Source of the DNA: Methanobacteriota archaeon
GTDB taxonomy: Archaea; Halobacteriota; Bog-38; Methanoflorentales; Methanoflorentaceae
Direction: 5' to 3'
NCBI GenBank assembly: GCA_963719035.1
Contig: CAVRAO010000002.1
Location: 384,001 to 448,000, forward strand
DNA length: 64,000 bases
In this document: positions 1 through 14,975 of the stretch, one piece after another
Layout of the letters: each line of letters starts with the position of its first letter
Position numbering within the stretch: the first letter of the stretch is position 1
Translations under genes and position numbers: made by a program
Notes under the pieces: model-generated
Told to the model about the DNA's origin: nothing
Databases searched by the model: none
Seen by the model: the letters and a program-made list of their open reading frames with translations, nothing else

Positions 1-2
1 TC

Positions 3-1418
3 GCGACAGGACTGGTTCCCTACCCAGAGCATAATGCATCGCCTCGCAACACTATGGGTGCCGGCATGGTTAAGCAGACGTTAGGCGCCTCGTGCGCGAA
101 CTGGAAGCTGAGACCAGATACTCGATCACATTATCTCCATTATCCACAACTTGGCCTCGTAAAAACAAACGCTATGGAGACGGTGGGCTTTGACGACAGG
201 CTTTCTGGACAGAACTTCGTAGTAGCAGTTCAATCCTTTGAAGGTTACAACATCGAAGATGCGCTCATCATTAACAAGAGCTCAATTGAGCGTGGACTCG
301 GCAGAAGCCACTTTTTCCGCACTTACGAAGCAGAGGAACGTCGATATCCAGGAGGACAAGAAGACAAATTTGAGATACCCGATGCAGAAGTTCGAGGGGC
401 GCGCGGCCCCGAAGTGTACGCAAACTTGGATGAAGATGGATTTGTGAATCCAGAAGCTGTAGTTCAACCCAACGATGTGCTGGTAGGAAAGACTAGTCCC
501 CCAAGATTTCTTGAAGAGCCTACCGAACTTGGAGGCATAAGCACCCAAAAAAGGCGTGAGACGTCGGTTACGATGCGTTCAAACGAGAGTGGTGTTGTGG
601 ACGCAGTAATCATTACAGAAGGCGAAAACGGATCGAGACTAGTTAAAGTCAGAACGAGAGATCAACGTGTGCCAGAATTAGGAGATAAGTTTGCTTCGAG
701 ACACGGACAAAAAGGTGTAATCGGGCTTATTGTCCCACAGGAAGACATGCCATTTTCAGAAGAGGGCATCGTGCCTGACTTAATCATCAATCCTCACGCG
801 ATCCCGTCGAGAATGACAGTCGGCCACGTCTTAGAAATGATAGGCGGGAAAGTCGGCAGTCTCGAAGGGAGGCGCATTGACGGAACCGCGTTTTCCGGTG
901 AACCCGAAGTAACACTTAGAGAAGCTTTGCGACGAAACGGTTTCTCACATACCGGAAAGGAAGTCTTATACGACGGGATTACGGGGGAAAGATTGGCAGC
1001 TGATATGTTCGTCGGAGTGATCCTGTACCAGAAGCTGCACCACATGGTGTCAGAAAAACTGCATGCGCGGTCGCGTGGACCTGTCCAAGTACTAACACAT
1101 CAGCCTACAGAAGGCCGAGCACGCGAAGGAGGACTACGGTTCGGCGAAATGGAACGTGACGTCATGATCGGCCACGGCGCAGCTCTAGCGCTAAAAGAGC
1201 GACTTGTCGACGAATCAGACAAAGTTGAGGAGTATGTATGCACAGCGTGCGGAATGATCGCGACATTTGACAAACGCCGTAATGTGGTCTATTGTCCAAA
1301 TTGCGGGGCAGATACTGACATCTATAAAGTTGAAATGAGCTATGCCTTCAAATTACTGTTGGATGAAATGAAAGCCCTTGGTATTGCTCCACGCATCGAA
1401 CTTGAAGACGCTGTATAG
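3..1418 (+). CDS. rpoB1: DNA-directed RNA polymerase subunit B' (Rpo2 C-terminal part), 5'-truncated by window edge
   Basis: [36 protein letters not shown]-terminal Zn ribbon CTACG..CPNCG; reading frame is open to the window start. Confidence 0.97.
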   Translation, partial: ATGLVPYPEHNASPRNTMGAGMVKQTLGASCANWKLRPDTRSHYLHYPQLGLVKTNAMETVGFDDRLSGQNFVVAVQSFEGYNIEDALIINKSSIERGLGRSHFFRTYEAEERRYPGGQEDKFEIPDAEVRGARGPEVYANLDEDGFVNPEAVVQPNDVLVGKTSPPRFLEEPTELGGISTQKRRETSVTMRSNESGVVDAVIITEGENGSRLVKVRTRDQRVPELGDKFASRHGQKGVIGLIVPQEDMPFSEEGIVPDLIINPHAIPSRMTVGHVLEMIGGKVGSLEGRRIDGTAFSGEPEVTLREALRRNGFSHTGKEVLYDGITGERLAADMFVGVILYQKLHHMVSEKLHARSRGPVQVLTHQPTEGRAREGGLRFGEMERDVMIGHGAALALKERLVDESDKVEEYVCTACGMIATFDKRRNVVYCPNCGADTDIYKVEMSYAFKLLLDEMKALGIAPRIELEDAV

Positions 1419-1431
1419 TTAAGAGGACTCT

Positions 1432-5226
<3,795 letters not shown>

Positions 5227-5240
5227 ATTCTGAGGAAAAA

Positions 5241-5555
5241 ATGGAACTAGACATTGCAAAATCTTTAAGAACCGCAATAAAGGATGGAAAAGTCTCTATC
5301 GGGGCGAAAAATACACTCAAATCGATTGAGAGGGGGGACAATCAGTTGGTCGTACTAGCCTCCAACTGTCCGCAGAGGTTCCGCGAAAGAATTATCTCTA
5401 AGAGCGTTCCGATCGTCGATCTCGAGATAAGCAGCGTCGAATTAGGGTCAATGTGTGGCAAGCCATTTACTATTTCAGCTCTTTCGATCATACATGCGGG
5501 ATCTTCAGATATTATGTCTATAAGGGAAAAGGAGATAAGTAATGACAGAAGTTAA
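5241..5555 (+). CDS. rpl30e: 50S ribosomal protein L30e
   Basis: GKVSIG, LASNCP, ELGSMCGKPFTIS; canonical position after rpoA''. Confidence 0.95.
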   Translation: MELDIAKSLRTAIKDGKVSIGAKNTLKSIERGDNQLVVLASNCPQRFRERIISKSVPIVDLEISSVELGSMCGKPFTISALSIIHAGSSDIMSIREKEISNDRS

Positions 5556-5973
5556 GCTCACAACAGAAGGGATACGCTACATAGCCTTGTTTGAGAGTTT
5601 AACTCAAGCAGTCGCCCGTGATTGTTACATCGACGACGAAAATGATCGCGTGATATTCGTCGTCAAAAATGGGGATATGGGCCTAGCGATTGGCAAGAAT
5701 GGCAACAACATAAACAGAGTAAAGAGATCAATAGGCAAGCATATCGAGATAGTCGAGTTCTCAGGTGACGTTGACGAGTTCATCGCAAACGCGCTTCAAC
5801 CCGTTTCTGTAAAGAAAGTTCACGTCGTTATAAAAGAGAGCAAGAAGCTTGCGTATGTCGAAGTCACGTCCAAAGATCGCGGCATCGCGATTGGAAAAAA
5901 CGGAAGAAACATTCACAAAGCCAAAGTGCTTGCACAAAGGCACTATGGGCTAGACGATGTTATAATTCAATAA
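5542..5973 (+). CDS. nusA: Archaeal NusA (two KH domains)
   Basis: Two AIGKNG KH motifs; between L30e and S12. Confidence 0.96.
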   Translation: MTEVKLTTEGIRYIALFESLTQAVARDCYIDDENDRVIFVVKNGDMGLAIGKNGNNINRVKRSIGKHIEIVEFSGDVDEFIANALQPVSVKKVHVVIKESKKLAYVEVTSKDRGIAIGKNGRNIHKAKVLAQRHYGLDDVIIQ

Positions 5974-5993
5974 GCCACAAATGGAGAGTCGTT

Positions 5994-6422
5994 ATGGGAA
6001 GGGGAATCTATGCCGCACGCAAACTGAAACAAGACCACCAAGCGCTTCGATGGAGCGACAGGAAATTTAGCCGCAGAGAACTTCATTTGGACGAAAAAGC
6101 GGATCCTTTGGAAGGTGCACCGCAAGCAAGAGGAATAGTCCTTGAAAAAGTGGGAGTTGAAGCAAAGCAGCCAAATTCCGCTATACGGAAGTGCGTACGA
6201 ATCCAACTTATCAAAAACGGCCGCCAAGTTACAGCATTTTGCCCCGGAGTTGCCGCGGTAAATTTTATTGACGAGCACGACGAAGTCACCGTGGAAGGGA
6301 TTGGAGGCCGTATGGGCGGTTCAATGGGAGATATTCCGGGAGTCCGATTTAAGGTCATAAAAGTCAATAACGTGTCTCTTGAAGAAATGGTCCGCGGCAG
6401 AAAAGAAAAACCAATACGGTAA
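5994..6422 (+). CDS. rps12: 30S ribosomal protein S12 (uS12)
   Basis: [22 protein letters not shown]. Confidence 0.98.
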   Translation: MGRGIYAARKLKQDHQALRWSDRKFSRRELHLDEKADPLEGAPQARGIVLEKVGVEAKQPNSAIRKCVRIQLIKNGRQVTAFCPGVAAVNFIDEHDEVTVEGIGGRMGGSMGDIPGVRFKVIKVNNVSLEEMVRGRKEKPIR

Positions 6423-6426
6423 TATC

Positions 6427-6999
6427 ATGCAAACGGAACAAAATAGCTTGGTCTTCAGCAAATGGGAAACCACTGACATTCAGGTTGAAGATCCCGGTAT
6501 CAAGCGCTACGTCCATTTTGAATCGCCAGAAATTCATACTGGCGGAAGACATGCTCATCAACAGTTCAACAAATCGAACTTATCTATAGTCGAACGATTG
6601 ACAAACAAACTTATGCGCGGAGAGGACAACACCGGAAAAAAAATAAAAGCGTACGGGACCATAAGAAAGGCGTTTGACGCTGTGAACAAACGCACAGGTG
6701 AAAATCCTATAAAGCTGCTTATTCAAGCTATAGAAAACGCTGGACCTCGTGAAGAAACGGTGCGGTTGAAATACGGCGGTATTTCCGTTCCAAAAGCTGT
6801 TGATACCGCATCTCAGCGGCGAGTCGACTTAGCCCTAATGTACATTGCGCAAGGCGCTCAGAAGGCTGCGTTTAAAAGCAAGCGAACAATCGATGATTGT
6901 CTTGCATCAGAGATCATAGCCGCAGCAAAAAATGACGTGCGGAGCTTTTCGATCAGCAAAAAAGAAGAAAAAGAGCGAGTAGCGAAGGCAGCAAGATAA
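6427..6999 (+). CDS. rps7: 30S ribosomal protein S7 (uS7)
   Basis: [32 protein letters not shown]; ATG 6427 just after the S12 stop. Confidence 0.97.
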   Translation: MQTEQNSLVFSKWETTDIQVEDPGIKRYVHFESPEIHTGGRHAHQQFNKSNLSIVERLTNKLMRGEDNTGKKIKAYGTIRKAFDAVNKRTGENPIKLLIQAIENAGPREETVRLKYGGISVPKAVDTASQRRVDLALMYIAQGAQKAAFKSKRTIDDCLASEIIAAAKNDVRSFSISKKEEKERVAKAAR

Positions 7000-7018
7000 G
7001 GTATTTTTGGATTGACAC

Positions 7019-9208
7019 ATGGTAAGTAGGCAGCAGATGGTTGAGCGTGTAACAACGCTCATGGATCGACCTGAATATATTCGCAACATCGGAATTGTGG
7101 CACATATAGATCACGGAAAAACTACACTTTCCGACAATCTGCTCGCAGGAGCAGGGATGATCTCAAAGGAGCTTGCTGGAACACAACTATTCATGGACTT
7201 TGATGAAGAGGAGCAAGCGAGGGGGATCACAATCAACTCAGCAAACGTGTCCATGGTTCACGAGTTTCTCGGGAAGGAATACCTGATAAACCTCATTGAT
7301 ACCCCAGGACATGTCGACTTCGGGGGGGACGTCACACGCGCAATGCGAGCTGTTGACGGTGCAGTCGTGGTGGTCGATGCTGTTGAGGGGACGATGCCCC
7401 AAACGGAAACAGTCTTGCGGCAGGCACTCAAGGAAAACGTCAAGCCAATCCTCTTCATTAACAAAGTTGACAGGCTAGTCAACGAGCTTAAACTCGATCC
7501 GCAAGCTATGATGGGAAAATTCGTCAATCTTATCAATCACGTAAATAAGCTCATCCGCGGCATGAATGAAAAGAAGTTTAACGCAGGATGGAAGGTCAAG
7601 GTCGACGATGGTTCTGTCGCGTTTGGATCTGCACTCTATAATTGGGCTTTGAGCGTGCCTCAGATGAAAAAAACGGACATTACGTTCAAAGATGTGTACG
7701 AATACTGTGCTGACAACAAGCAAAAAGAACTTGCCGAGCGCAGCCCAATTCACGAAATTATACTTAACATGGTTATCACGCACCTGCCGAACCCTCTACA
7801 AGCGCAGAAAGAACGCGTTCCTGTAATATGGCACGGTGATCAAAAATCTAAGGAGGGCAGAGCGATGCTGAGCTGCGACCAGAAAGGGCCAGTAGCGCTG
7901 ATGGTTACTGATATAACCATCGATCCTCACGCAGGTGAAGTTGCTACTGGACGACTTTTTTCGGGTGCGCTAGAGCGCGGACAGGAGGTCTTTGTTTCTG
8001 GCATGCCAAAAAATAACCGGGTCCAACAAGTAGGCATATTTATGGGTGCAGAGCGGATCGAAGTTGAACGAATTCCAGCAGGCAACATCGCAGCCGTCAC
8101 TGGGCTACGCGACGCTATTGTGGGTTCGACGATTTCTTCTGCAAAAGAAACCGCTCCTTTTGAAAGCATCAAACACGCGAGTGAGCCGGTTGTTACTGTG
8201 GCAGTTGAAGCTAAGAGTATGAAAGATCTGCCTAAGCTCGTAGAAGTGCTGCGACAAATTTCAAAGGAAGATCCAACGCTCCGCGTGACTATCAATGAGG
8301 AGACAGGAGAACACTTAATCTCCGGTATGGGTGAATTACATCTGGAGATAATTGCCCATAAAATCGAGAGAGATAAAAACGTTCAAATCACCACGTCAGA
8401 ACCTATAGTCGTTTATAGAGAGACTGTCCAAGGACGAGCTGGCCCTGTCGAAGGTAAATCTCCTAACCGCCATAACCGCTTTTACTTCGAGATTGAAGCC
8501 TTGCCAAGTGATGTGGTCACTTTGCTAAAAGAAGGTGCCCTCAATATGAATGCCCCAGAAATAGAACGGCGTACGATGCTCATGGAAGCAGGCTTAGAAA
8601 AGGATGAAGCGAGAAACGTAGCTGATGTCTTCGAATCAAATCTTCTTTTCGATATGACGAAAGGTATTCAATATCTACGCGAAACCATGGAACTCATAAT
8701 CGAGGGATACCACGAAGCGATGAAAACCGGGCCGTTAACACGAGAGCCTTGTGAGGGCATAAAAGTCAGATTGGTAGATGTCACCCTGCACGAAGATGCT
8801 GTGCATAGGGGCCCCGCTCAAGTCATCCCTGCAGTTAGATCAGCGATATTTGCGGCCATTCTAATGGCTAACGACGTGGTGCTAGAACCTATGCAAAAGG
8901 TGTTTATAAGCGTGCCCCAAAACCTAATGGGAAGCGCGACGCAGCAAATACAAGGAAGGCGTGGCCAAATACTCGATATCGATTCCGAAGGAGATACAGT
9001 CGTTGTAGTCGGTAAAACACCGGTCGCTGAGATGTTTGGTTTTGCTGGAGATTTACGATCAGCCACCGAAGGACGCGCTATTTGGAGTACTGAATTCCTC
9101 GGATTTGAGGGGTTACCACAAAGCTTACAACCAGAAATAGTAAAACAAATAAGGCAGAGGAAAGGTCTAAAAGCCGAGATGCCAAAACCACACGACTTCA
9201 TAGGTTGA
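7019..9208 (+). CDS. fusA: Translation elongation factor EF-2
   Basis: [23 protein letters not shown]; diphthamide loop [11 protein letters not shown]. Confidence 0.99.
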   Translation: MVSRQQMVERVTTLMDRPEYIRNIGIVAHIDHGKTTLSDNLLAGAGMISKELAGTQLFMDFDEEEQARGITINSANVSMVHEFLGKEYLINLIDTPGHVDFGGDVTRAMRAVDGAVVVVDAVEGTMPQTETVLRQALKENVKPILFINKVDRLVNELKLDPQAMMGKFVNLINHVNKLIRGMNEKKFNAGWKVKVDDGSVAFGSALYNWALSVPQMKKTDITFKDVYEYCADNKQKELAERSPIHEIILNMVITHLPNPLQAQKERVPVIWHGDQKSKEGRAMLSCDQKGPVALMVTDITIDPHAGEVATGRLFSGALERGQEVFVSGMPKNNRVQQVGIFMGAERIEVERIPAGNIAAVTGLRDAIVGSTISSAKETAPFESIKHASEPVVTVAVEAKSMKDLPKLVEVLRQISKEDPTLRVTINEETGEHLISGMGELHLEIIAHKIERDKNVQITTSEPIVVYRETVQGRAGPVEGKSPNRHNRFYFEIEALPSDVVTLLKEGALNMNAPEIERRTMLMEAGLEKDEARNVADVFESNLLFDMTKGIQYLRETMELIIEGYHEAMKTGPLTREPCEGIKVRLVDVTLHEDAVHRGPAQVIPAVRSAIFAAILMANDVVLEPMQKVFISVPQNLMGSATQQIQGRRGQILDIDSEGDTVVVVGKTPVAEMFGFAGDLRSATEGRAIWSTEFLGFEGLPQSLQPEIVKQIRQRKGLKAEMPKPHDFIG

Positions 9209-9225
9209 AAGGAGGAAGAATAAAA

Positions 9226-10491
9226 ATGGCTGAAAAGCCCCACTTGAATTTGGCAATGATAGGTCACGTTGACCATGGTAAGAGCACCTTGGTCGGACGG
9301 CTGTTGTTTGAAACGGGCAACGTAGGTGCGCACATAATTGAATCATACAAGAAAGAGGCAGAGGCAAAGGGCAAAGGGTCCTTTGAGTTTGCATGGGTGA
9401 TGGACTCTCTAAAGGAAGAGCGCGAAAGAGGCGTCACAATTGACATTGCGCATCAGAGATTCGATACAGAAAGCTACTATTTCACAATCGTCGATTGTCC
9501 TGGTCACCGCGACTTCGTAAAGAACATGATTACGGGAGCATCGCAAGCTGATGCAGCAATCCTAGTAGTTGCAGCGCCCGATGGCGTTATGGCTCAGACG
9601 AAAGAACACGTCTTCCTTGCCCGGACGCTTGGAATCAATCAGCTGATAGTGGCAATCAATAAGATGGATGCTTCAGAGTACGGTGAAAAACGCTTTAATG
9701 AGGTAAAAGACGAAGTCAGCAAATTGCTGAAAACAGTTGGTTACCGAGAGGGAGACGTTCAATATGTCCCTGTTTCGGCCTTTAAAGGCGATAACGTTAC
9801 GAAACTTAGTGACAACATGTCGTGGTATAAAGGCGAGACACTCTTGCAGGAGATCAACAAGTTCAAAGTCCCTGAAAAACCAGTTAATTTACCTCTCAGA
9901 TTACCTATACAAGACGTCTATACTATTTCAGGTATAGGGACCGTGCCTGTTGGAAGAGTCGAGACGGGCAAAATGAAAAAAGGCGACAAAGTAATATTCG
10001 AGCCCGCAGATGTCCGAGGAGAAATAAAATCTATAGAAATGCATCACGAAGAGATCCCAGAAGCAGTACCCGGAGATAACGTCGGTTTCAACGTCCGCGG
10101 CGTGGCCAAGAAGGATATCAAGCGCGGCGATGTTACCGGACATCAAGATGCCCCCCCAAGTGTCGCAAAGGAGTTTACAGCCCAAATCGTCGTTTTGCAG
10201 CATCCAAGTGCAATCACTGCAGGTTATACGCCTGTATTCCACGCTCACACCGCGCAGGTAGCGTGTACATTCACCGAGATAAAGGCAAAGCTCGATCCTA
10301 AAACAGGACAAGTGAAACAATCCAACCCAGACTTCATAAAAACAGGCGACGCAGCTATTGTACAAATAAGGCCGACAAAACCCCTAGTGATTGAAAAGGT
10401 CAAAGAGATCCCGCAATTAGGGCGCTTTGCAATCCGGGATATGGGGCAGACTATCGCAGCAGGTATGTGCATCGATCTAGTACCCCGCTAA
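9226..10491 (+). CDS. tuf: Translation elongation factor EF-1 alpha
   Basis: [32 protein letters not shown]; RBS GGAGG upstream of ATG 9226. Confidence 0.99.
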   Translation: MAEKPHLNLAMIGHVDHGKSTLVGRLLFETGNVGAHIIESYKKEAEAKGKGSFEFAWVMDSLKEERERGVTIDIAHQRFDTESYYFTIVDCPGHRDFVKNMITGASQADAAILVVAAPDGVMAQTKEHVFLARTLGINQLIVAINKMDASEYGEKRFNEVKDEVSKLLKTVGYREGDVQYVPVSAFKGDNVTKLSDNMSWYKGETLLQEINKFKVPEKPVNLPLRLPIQDVYTISGIGTVPVGRVETGKMKKGDKVIFEPADVRGEIKSIEMHHEEIPEAVPGDNVGFNVRGVAKKDIKRGDVTGHQDAPPSVAKEFTAQIVVLQHPSAITAGYTPVFHAHTAQVACTFTEIKAKLDPKTGQVKQSNPDFIKTGDAAIVQIRPTKPLVIEKVKEIPQLGRFAIRDMGQTIAAGMCIDLVPR

Positions 10492-10505
10492 CGTCACAAG
10501 GTTAA

Positions 10506-10814
10506 ATGCAGAAAGCAAGAATAAGACTGTCGGGAACAAGCCCCGAAATGCTCGATTACGTTTGTGAACAGGTCAAGAGCATCGCCGACAAAACAGGAGT
10601 GAACCTCTCCGGTCCGGTCCCCCTCCCTACTAAAAGGCTTAGAGTGCCAACACGAAAAAGTCCTGACGGAGAGGGCACGGCGACGTGGGAGCATTGGGAA
10701 ATGAGGGTTCACAAACGACTTATCGATCTTGATGCTGACGAACGCGCCCTTCGGCAGCTTATGAGGATACAAGTCCCGAAAGATATCAACATCGAAATTG
10801 TGCTAGAAGGCTAA
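10506..10814 (+). CDS. rps10: 30S ribosomal protein S10 (uS10)
   Basis: [22 protein letters not shown]. Confidence 0.98.
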   Translation: MQKARIRLSGTSPEMLDYVCEQVKSIADKTGVNLSGPVPLPTKRLRVPTRKSPDGEGTATWEHWEMRVHKRLIDLDADERALRQLMRIQVPKDINIEIVLEG

Positions 10815-10882
10815 GTCCCGTCTTATCCAGAGTGATTTCGCTTAAAACTTGCAATCATCTCGCTTTAGCATAATTATTTACA

Positions 10883-10989
10883 GCCGAGGTAGCCAAGTGG
10901 ACTACGGCGCCAGCCTTGAGCGTACCTATTGGTTCAATGATAGCTGGTGAGGCTTTTGCCTCGCAGGGGTTCAAATCCCTTCCTCGGCG
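10883..10989 (+). tRNA. tRNA-Ser(UGA) with 21-nt intron at 37/38 (10921-10941)
   Basis: Acceptor GCCGAGG/CCTCGGC plus G discriminator; anticodon stem CCAGC/GCTGG with CT-TGA-G|intron|A; long variable arm GAGGC-TTTT-GCCTC; T arm AGGGG-TTCAAAT-CCCTT. Confidence 0.93.
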
Positions 10990-10991
10990 CC

Positions 10992-11270
10992 TTATTTTGT
11001 GACACCTTTTTCCCAAGGCTTGAAAATGCAAAGCTGTTTGTTTGCTTCATCAATCTCAACGATCGAGTAACTGATGCCTCGTCTTTCAAGAAAATCGATA
11101 AAGAAGTGCTCAAAATAAGCAGTTCCGTCCTCGTCAAATCTGGTTGCTGCAAAAACAAATGCCATCATATTCTGGCAGAACCGCGACGCTAGCCAGTAAT
11201 AGTCGTTATCTGAAATGTGGTACTTAACGAGTGGCTTCTCTTTCGCCGACTTGGATCTAAACAACGGCAT
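10992..11270 (-). CDS. Hypothetical protein (92 aa)
   Basis: ATG start, protein-like composition, fills the gap and ends convergent on the tRNA-Ser 3' end. Confidence 0.55.
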   Translation of the reverse strand: MPLFRSKSAKEKPLVKYHISDNDYYWLASRFCQNMMAFVFAATRFDEDGTAYFEHFFIDFLERRGISYSIVEIDEANKQLCIFKPWEKGVTK

Positions 11271-11555
11271 GCTGGCGCCTGCGAAGTATCTGTATCTACC
11301 TCTAAGTTCTACGTTTAACGTTTAAATGTTAGCAGAAGCGCCAGAAAAATTTGGCCAAGTCCGAGAATAGAACACCGAAACAGCCCATATTGTCAAAATG
11401 CTTGTTCCGCCCGACGTCTTTCAAACTAAACAATTTCTCAGTTCTAAAGACCTGACTTCAATTTGTTAGCCTTGACTAAAAAAACCGGCTTACGTAAGCG
11501 TTCATACAAACACATCCGGTGGATTTAAAATACCAGAGATTTATATGTAGTTCAA

Positions 11556-12434
11556 ATGAGCGATGAAATTAAGTTTGTAATTCCAAAGGGCAGTTTGGAG
11601 GCACAGACATTCAAGTTCTTGAAGCTAGCAGACTTAGAAGTCATCAGAAAAGGTCCGAGGGACTATAACCCAAAGATCAAAGACTTTAGAATAAGTGCTG
11701 TAAAGGTGTTGAGACCTCAAGAAATCCCTAAATATGTTGCAGCTGGCTACTTCGATCTTGGCATAACTGGACTAGACTGGGTGCGCGAGACTGGAAGTAA
11801 GGTGCAAATCGTCGCAGAGCTTCCATACAGCAAGACAGCATCTGAAAAAGTAAAAATCGTGCTCGCAGTCCACGAACAATCGACGGCTAATGAGCCGCTT
11901 GATTTGAAGAAAGGTAGCAGGATATCGACAGAATATCCAAACCTAGCACAGCAATATTTCACGCGGCTGGGCGTATCAGTTGATATATTCTTATCCTATG
12001 GTGCCACCGAAGCTAAAGTTCCAGACATCATGGACGGTATTGTCGAGCTAACTGAGACAGGTGAGACTCTTCGGAGAAGCGGTCTTAAAATAATCGACGT
12101 CATTCTTGAATCATCAACTGTGCTGATCGCCAACGAAGAAAGCTACCTCATTAAACGTCGTTCAATAGACGATATTAAGACGCTTATATTAGGGGCCATA
12201 GACGCACAAAACAGGGCTTTGATCAAAATGAATGTGCCGAAACTAAAGCTCAAAGAAATTATTGCTATATTGCCTACGATGAAAGCCCCCAGTGTTGCCA
12301 AATTATTTGAAACAGACTACTACGCTGTAGAATCGGTAGTACCAAAAGAACAGATTAATGAGCTGATTCCAAAGCTTAAGCAGCACGGAGCGGAAGATAT
12401 TTTAGAGTTGTCAATAAGCAAGATCGTAGACTAG
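11556..12434 (+). CDS. hisG: ATP phosphoribosyltransferase, long form
   Basis: IPKGSL, LRPQEIP, DLGITGLDW, GATEAK, ETGETL; C-terminal regulatory domain. Confidence 0.95.
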   Translation: MSDEIKFVIPKGSLEAQTFKFLKLADLEVIRKGPRDYNPKIKDFRISAVKVLRPQEIPKYVAAGYFDLGITGLDWVRETGSKVQIVAELPYSKTASEKVKIVLAVHEQSTANEPLDLKKGSRISTEYPNLAQQYFTRLGVSVDIFLSYGATEAKVPDIMDGIVELTETGETLRRSGLKIIDVILESSTVLIANEESYLIKRRSIDDIKTLILGAIDAQNRALIKMNVPKLKLKEIIAILPTMKAPSVAKLFETDYYAVESVVPKEQINELIPKLKQHGAEDILELSISKIVD

Positions 12435-12454
12435 CAGGCTCTTTTCGTACGAAG

Positions 12455-13303
12455 ATGATTAAACGGACTATCGTGCCCCCGATCCCGTTGCGCGCGTGCG
12501 CACTACTAATCCTAGTTGCAGTAGCACTAACCGCTACGCTGGCTGGTTGCATGACAGAACAGCCAAGCAGCGAAAGAACGTCTCATGCAATCAATTCGGT
12601 CAATGTCACGCATACTTATCATTACACTTACAACGGCACGTCGTATCTCACAGGGATAATCAAAAACATAGGAATACAGAACCTTGTGGACGTGAGCCTT
12701 CAAGCAGAAGGATACGCGAACAACACAACGTATGAGCGAGGCTACGCAGGTCCGGAAACAGGAGTCAATTCAACACTCCTCCCTGGGGGGGCCGCACCAT
12801 TTATGATCAAAATGTTGCCGGTGGTGTTTGGCGGTGCTAGCACCACTCCCCTCAATCAAACACAAGTTGCATCAGCAAACGTGAAAACAGCGACCTCTAC
12901 GCGAAATATCACCTCCAATAATTCAAAAATTCAAACTAGCACGCAGCCAGCAAAAAAATACAATTTAAGCTATAAGATAATACTGCCGTCCGACCTTAAG
13001 ATCTCAAACGAAGACCCGTTTCCGCTGACGATCGTGAACAACAAAACCCACGTCTTAAACCAGACCGTTAGCGGCGTCAGCGGAGAGGTTTACAACGGGG
13101 GAACCGAGAACGTCAACTCCTCGGTTGTAGCAGTCGCACTCTACACAAAAGACGGAAATGTTTTGGGCGTTTTTGCAGGCAAGCCGCAAGGAGAGTTGGC
13201 TCCAAAAAAGACAGCGCCATTTCAAATCGATATTACACGCAATTTTTCTATTTCGTTAGCAGACGTAACCAGAGCCGAAGTATATGCATACAAGACTAGT
13301 TGA
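12455..13303 (+). CDS. Secreted lipoprotein with FxLYD-like domains
   Basis: Hydrophobic signal ending in lipobox LAGC; GEVYNGG..VALYTKDG..LAP..PF pattern; many N-x-S/T sequons. Confidence 0.7.
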   Translation: MIKRTIVPPIPLRACALLILVAVALTATLAGCMTEQPSSERTSHAINSVNVTHTYHYTYNGTSYLTGIIKNIGIQNLVDVSLQAEGYANNTTYERGYAGPETGVNSTLLPGGAAPFMIKMLPVVFGGASTTPLNQTQVASANVKTATSTRNITSNNSKIQTSTQPAKKYNLSYKIILPSDLKISNEDPFPLTIVNNKTHVLNQTVSGVSGEVYNGGTENVNSSVVAVALYTKDGNVLGVFAGKPQGELAPKKTAPFQIDITRNFSISLADVTRAEVYAYKTS

Positions 13304-13306
13304 CGC

Positions 13307-13651
13307 TCATACCTGGCTAACGAGAACCTCATCGTCGATGACTTCGATTCTAAGTTCGCCCTCGGGTACCTCTGTCTTAAAAACCCTCTCGCAAACGCGC
13401 ATCGGCAAAAAGACTTCGATATTGTCTTCATCCCTAGTATAGGTCCCAACAACGCTTCCATGCGTTGCTTGTTCCGCGCCTGTAGTTTCGACCAGCGTTA
13501 TCGTTTCTTCTTTAATGCTTGTAGAGACGCTCCCAGATGCTTTGTTAAGTGGAAAAGCGCTCCCTATACAAAACGTCTCTATGCACTTTGCAGGTATCAC
13601 TATAGTTGTAAAATCTTCGTCACAGCGATACGTCACTTTACCCATTAACAT
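13307..13651 (-). CDS. Hypothetical protein (~112 aa)
   Basis: GGAG upstream, acidic globular composition, converges on the lipoprotein stop. Confidence 0.6.
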   Translation of the reverse strand: MLMGKVTYRCDEDFTTIVIPAKCIETFCIGSAFPLNKASGSVSTSIKEETITLVETTGAEQATHGSVVGTYTRDEDNIEVFLPMRVCERVFKTEVPEGELRIEVIDDEVLVSQV

Positions 13652-13788
13652 AAAGCGCTCTCCTCCAATCCAGCACTACGACCATAATGCACACAGATAT
13701 TTAAAATCAACTCAATGAAACGTTGTTTATTTCAAAGAATTTAACTAAGGTAGGCTTCCGCGCTGCACTTAGAGCTACCGTTCGGACA

Positions 13789-14193
13789 CTAGTTGATATG
13801 TAAATCGTCATCGAAGAAGCGGAGTTCGAACTTTGGACCAAGTTCCTGAAGCTTATTGTTCGCTGCGCTTCTCGTTTTTTCGGGCAATATTAAAACAATT
13901 CGATCTACGTTAAGATTCTTGAGCGGAAGCCATTTCGCAACCAGCTCATCTGTTATCTCGTCCTCAACGACAACTTCCGAAATCATCGTCGGCGTATCGC
14001 TTGACACGAATGGCTTAACGCTATATACATCATAAACGAGCAGATCCGGATATACTTCGTCAATGCTAGCAACTTTATTTCCCATAATATTCGTGACGAC
14101 TTTGTATTTTTTAAACAGAGTCTCTGATGCTTTTCTAACAACTTCGTCGTGAAGCTCTGCCTTCGAACCGCTTTGAGTGGGCATAAGTATCAT
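13789..14193 (-). CDS. Hypothetical protein, possible PD-(D/E)XK-like fold
   Basis: H-helix..YPDLLV..ISEV pattern; no Lys at the canonical ExK position. Confidence 0.55.
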   Translation of the reverse strand: MILMPTQSGSKAELHDEVVRKASETLFKKYKVVTNIMGNKVASIDEVYPDLLVYDVYSVKPFVSSDTPTMISEVVVEDEITDELVAKWLPLKNLNVDRIVLILPEKTRSAANNKLQELGPKFELRFFDDDLHIN

Positions 14194-14425
14194 GTAAAGA
14201 TTATGACTTCATACACTTTTTGGCGTGTCAGTTGTTAGGGTCTTGACGGCGACTTTGTATGCGTTTCTGTTCTACAAGTACCTTGTTCGGCGTATAGCCG
14301 TCTTCGCCTCGGTGTACCTAGATGTGCAATTCTAATGATCCTAGAAGCGTAACAAAATAATTTCACTACATAACTTTTTATTGAAATCTCCAAAAATGAA
14401 CTTTGTTCTTCAAAGAGGTGTCCTA

Positions 14426-14875
14426 ATGCGTATAGACGAAATGAATAAGAAGATATTATACTTGCTGCAGCAAGATGGCAGAATGACGTACAAAGACATT
14501 GCCAAAGCGATAAATAGGTCAGAATCAACAGTTCGTGATAGGATATCAATAATGGAGGACGAAGGCGTTATAAAAGGATATTGTGCAGTCGTCGATAGGG
14601 CAAAGGTGGGACTTCACTGCTGTGCCAGCGTCTTTGCAAAAGCTCCCTTGGAAGAGCTCGACTCTTTATCGAAGAAATTAACGGAATTTGAGAATGTTTT
14701 TCAAATCGAGCACGTCAGTGGGGGCCACAATTTACGTTTTTCTGTGGCGGCTCTTGATTATTCTCAGCTTAGGAGCGTTATGAATGGCAAAATTGCTGAT
14801 CTCCCGCTCGAAATAAGGCAAATAGACATTGTCATGAAATCGCTGAAAGAGCTAGGGCCCCTCAAACTAGAATAG
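14426..14875 (+). CDS. Lrp/AsnC family transcriptional regulator
   Basis: KILYLLQQDGRMTYKDIAKAINRSESTVRDRISIMEDEGVIKGY HTH; RBS GAGGTG before ATG 14426. Confidence 0.93.
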   Translation: MRIDEMNKKILYLLQQDGRMTYKDIAKAINRSESTVRDRISIMEDEGVIKGYCAVVDRAKVGLHCCASVFAKAPLEELDSLSKKLTEFENVFQIEHVSGGHNLRFSVAALDYSQLRSVMNGKIADLPLEIRQIDIVMKSLKELGPLKLE

Positions 14876-14975
14876 AGGAGGTGCTATTTGTCTGCGCTGC
14901 AACACCTAGTTGAATCTTTTTCGACAACAAATAGACAACGGCGACTTAATAATGTGTTGCGCATTAGATTGACTA

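Noticed and set aside
10910-10945. TGA in the tRNA anticodon loop as a selenocysteine or opal-suppressor tRNA
   Set aside because: Anticodon UGA reads UCA (Ser). The 7-bp acceptor, long variable arm and G discriminator fit an ordinary tRNA-Ser.
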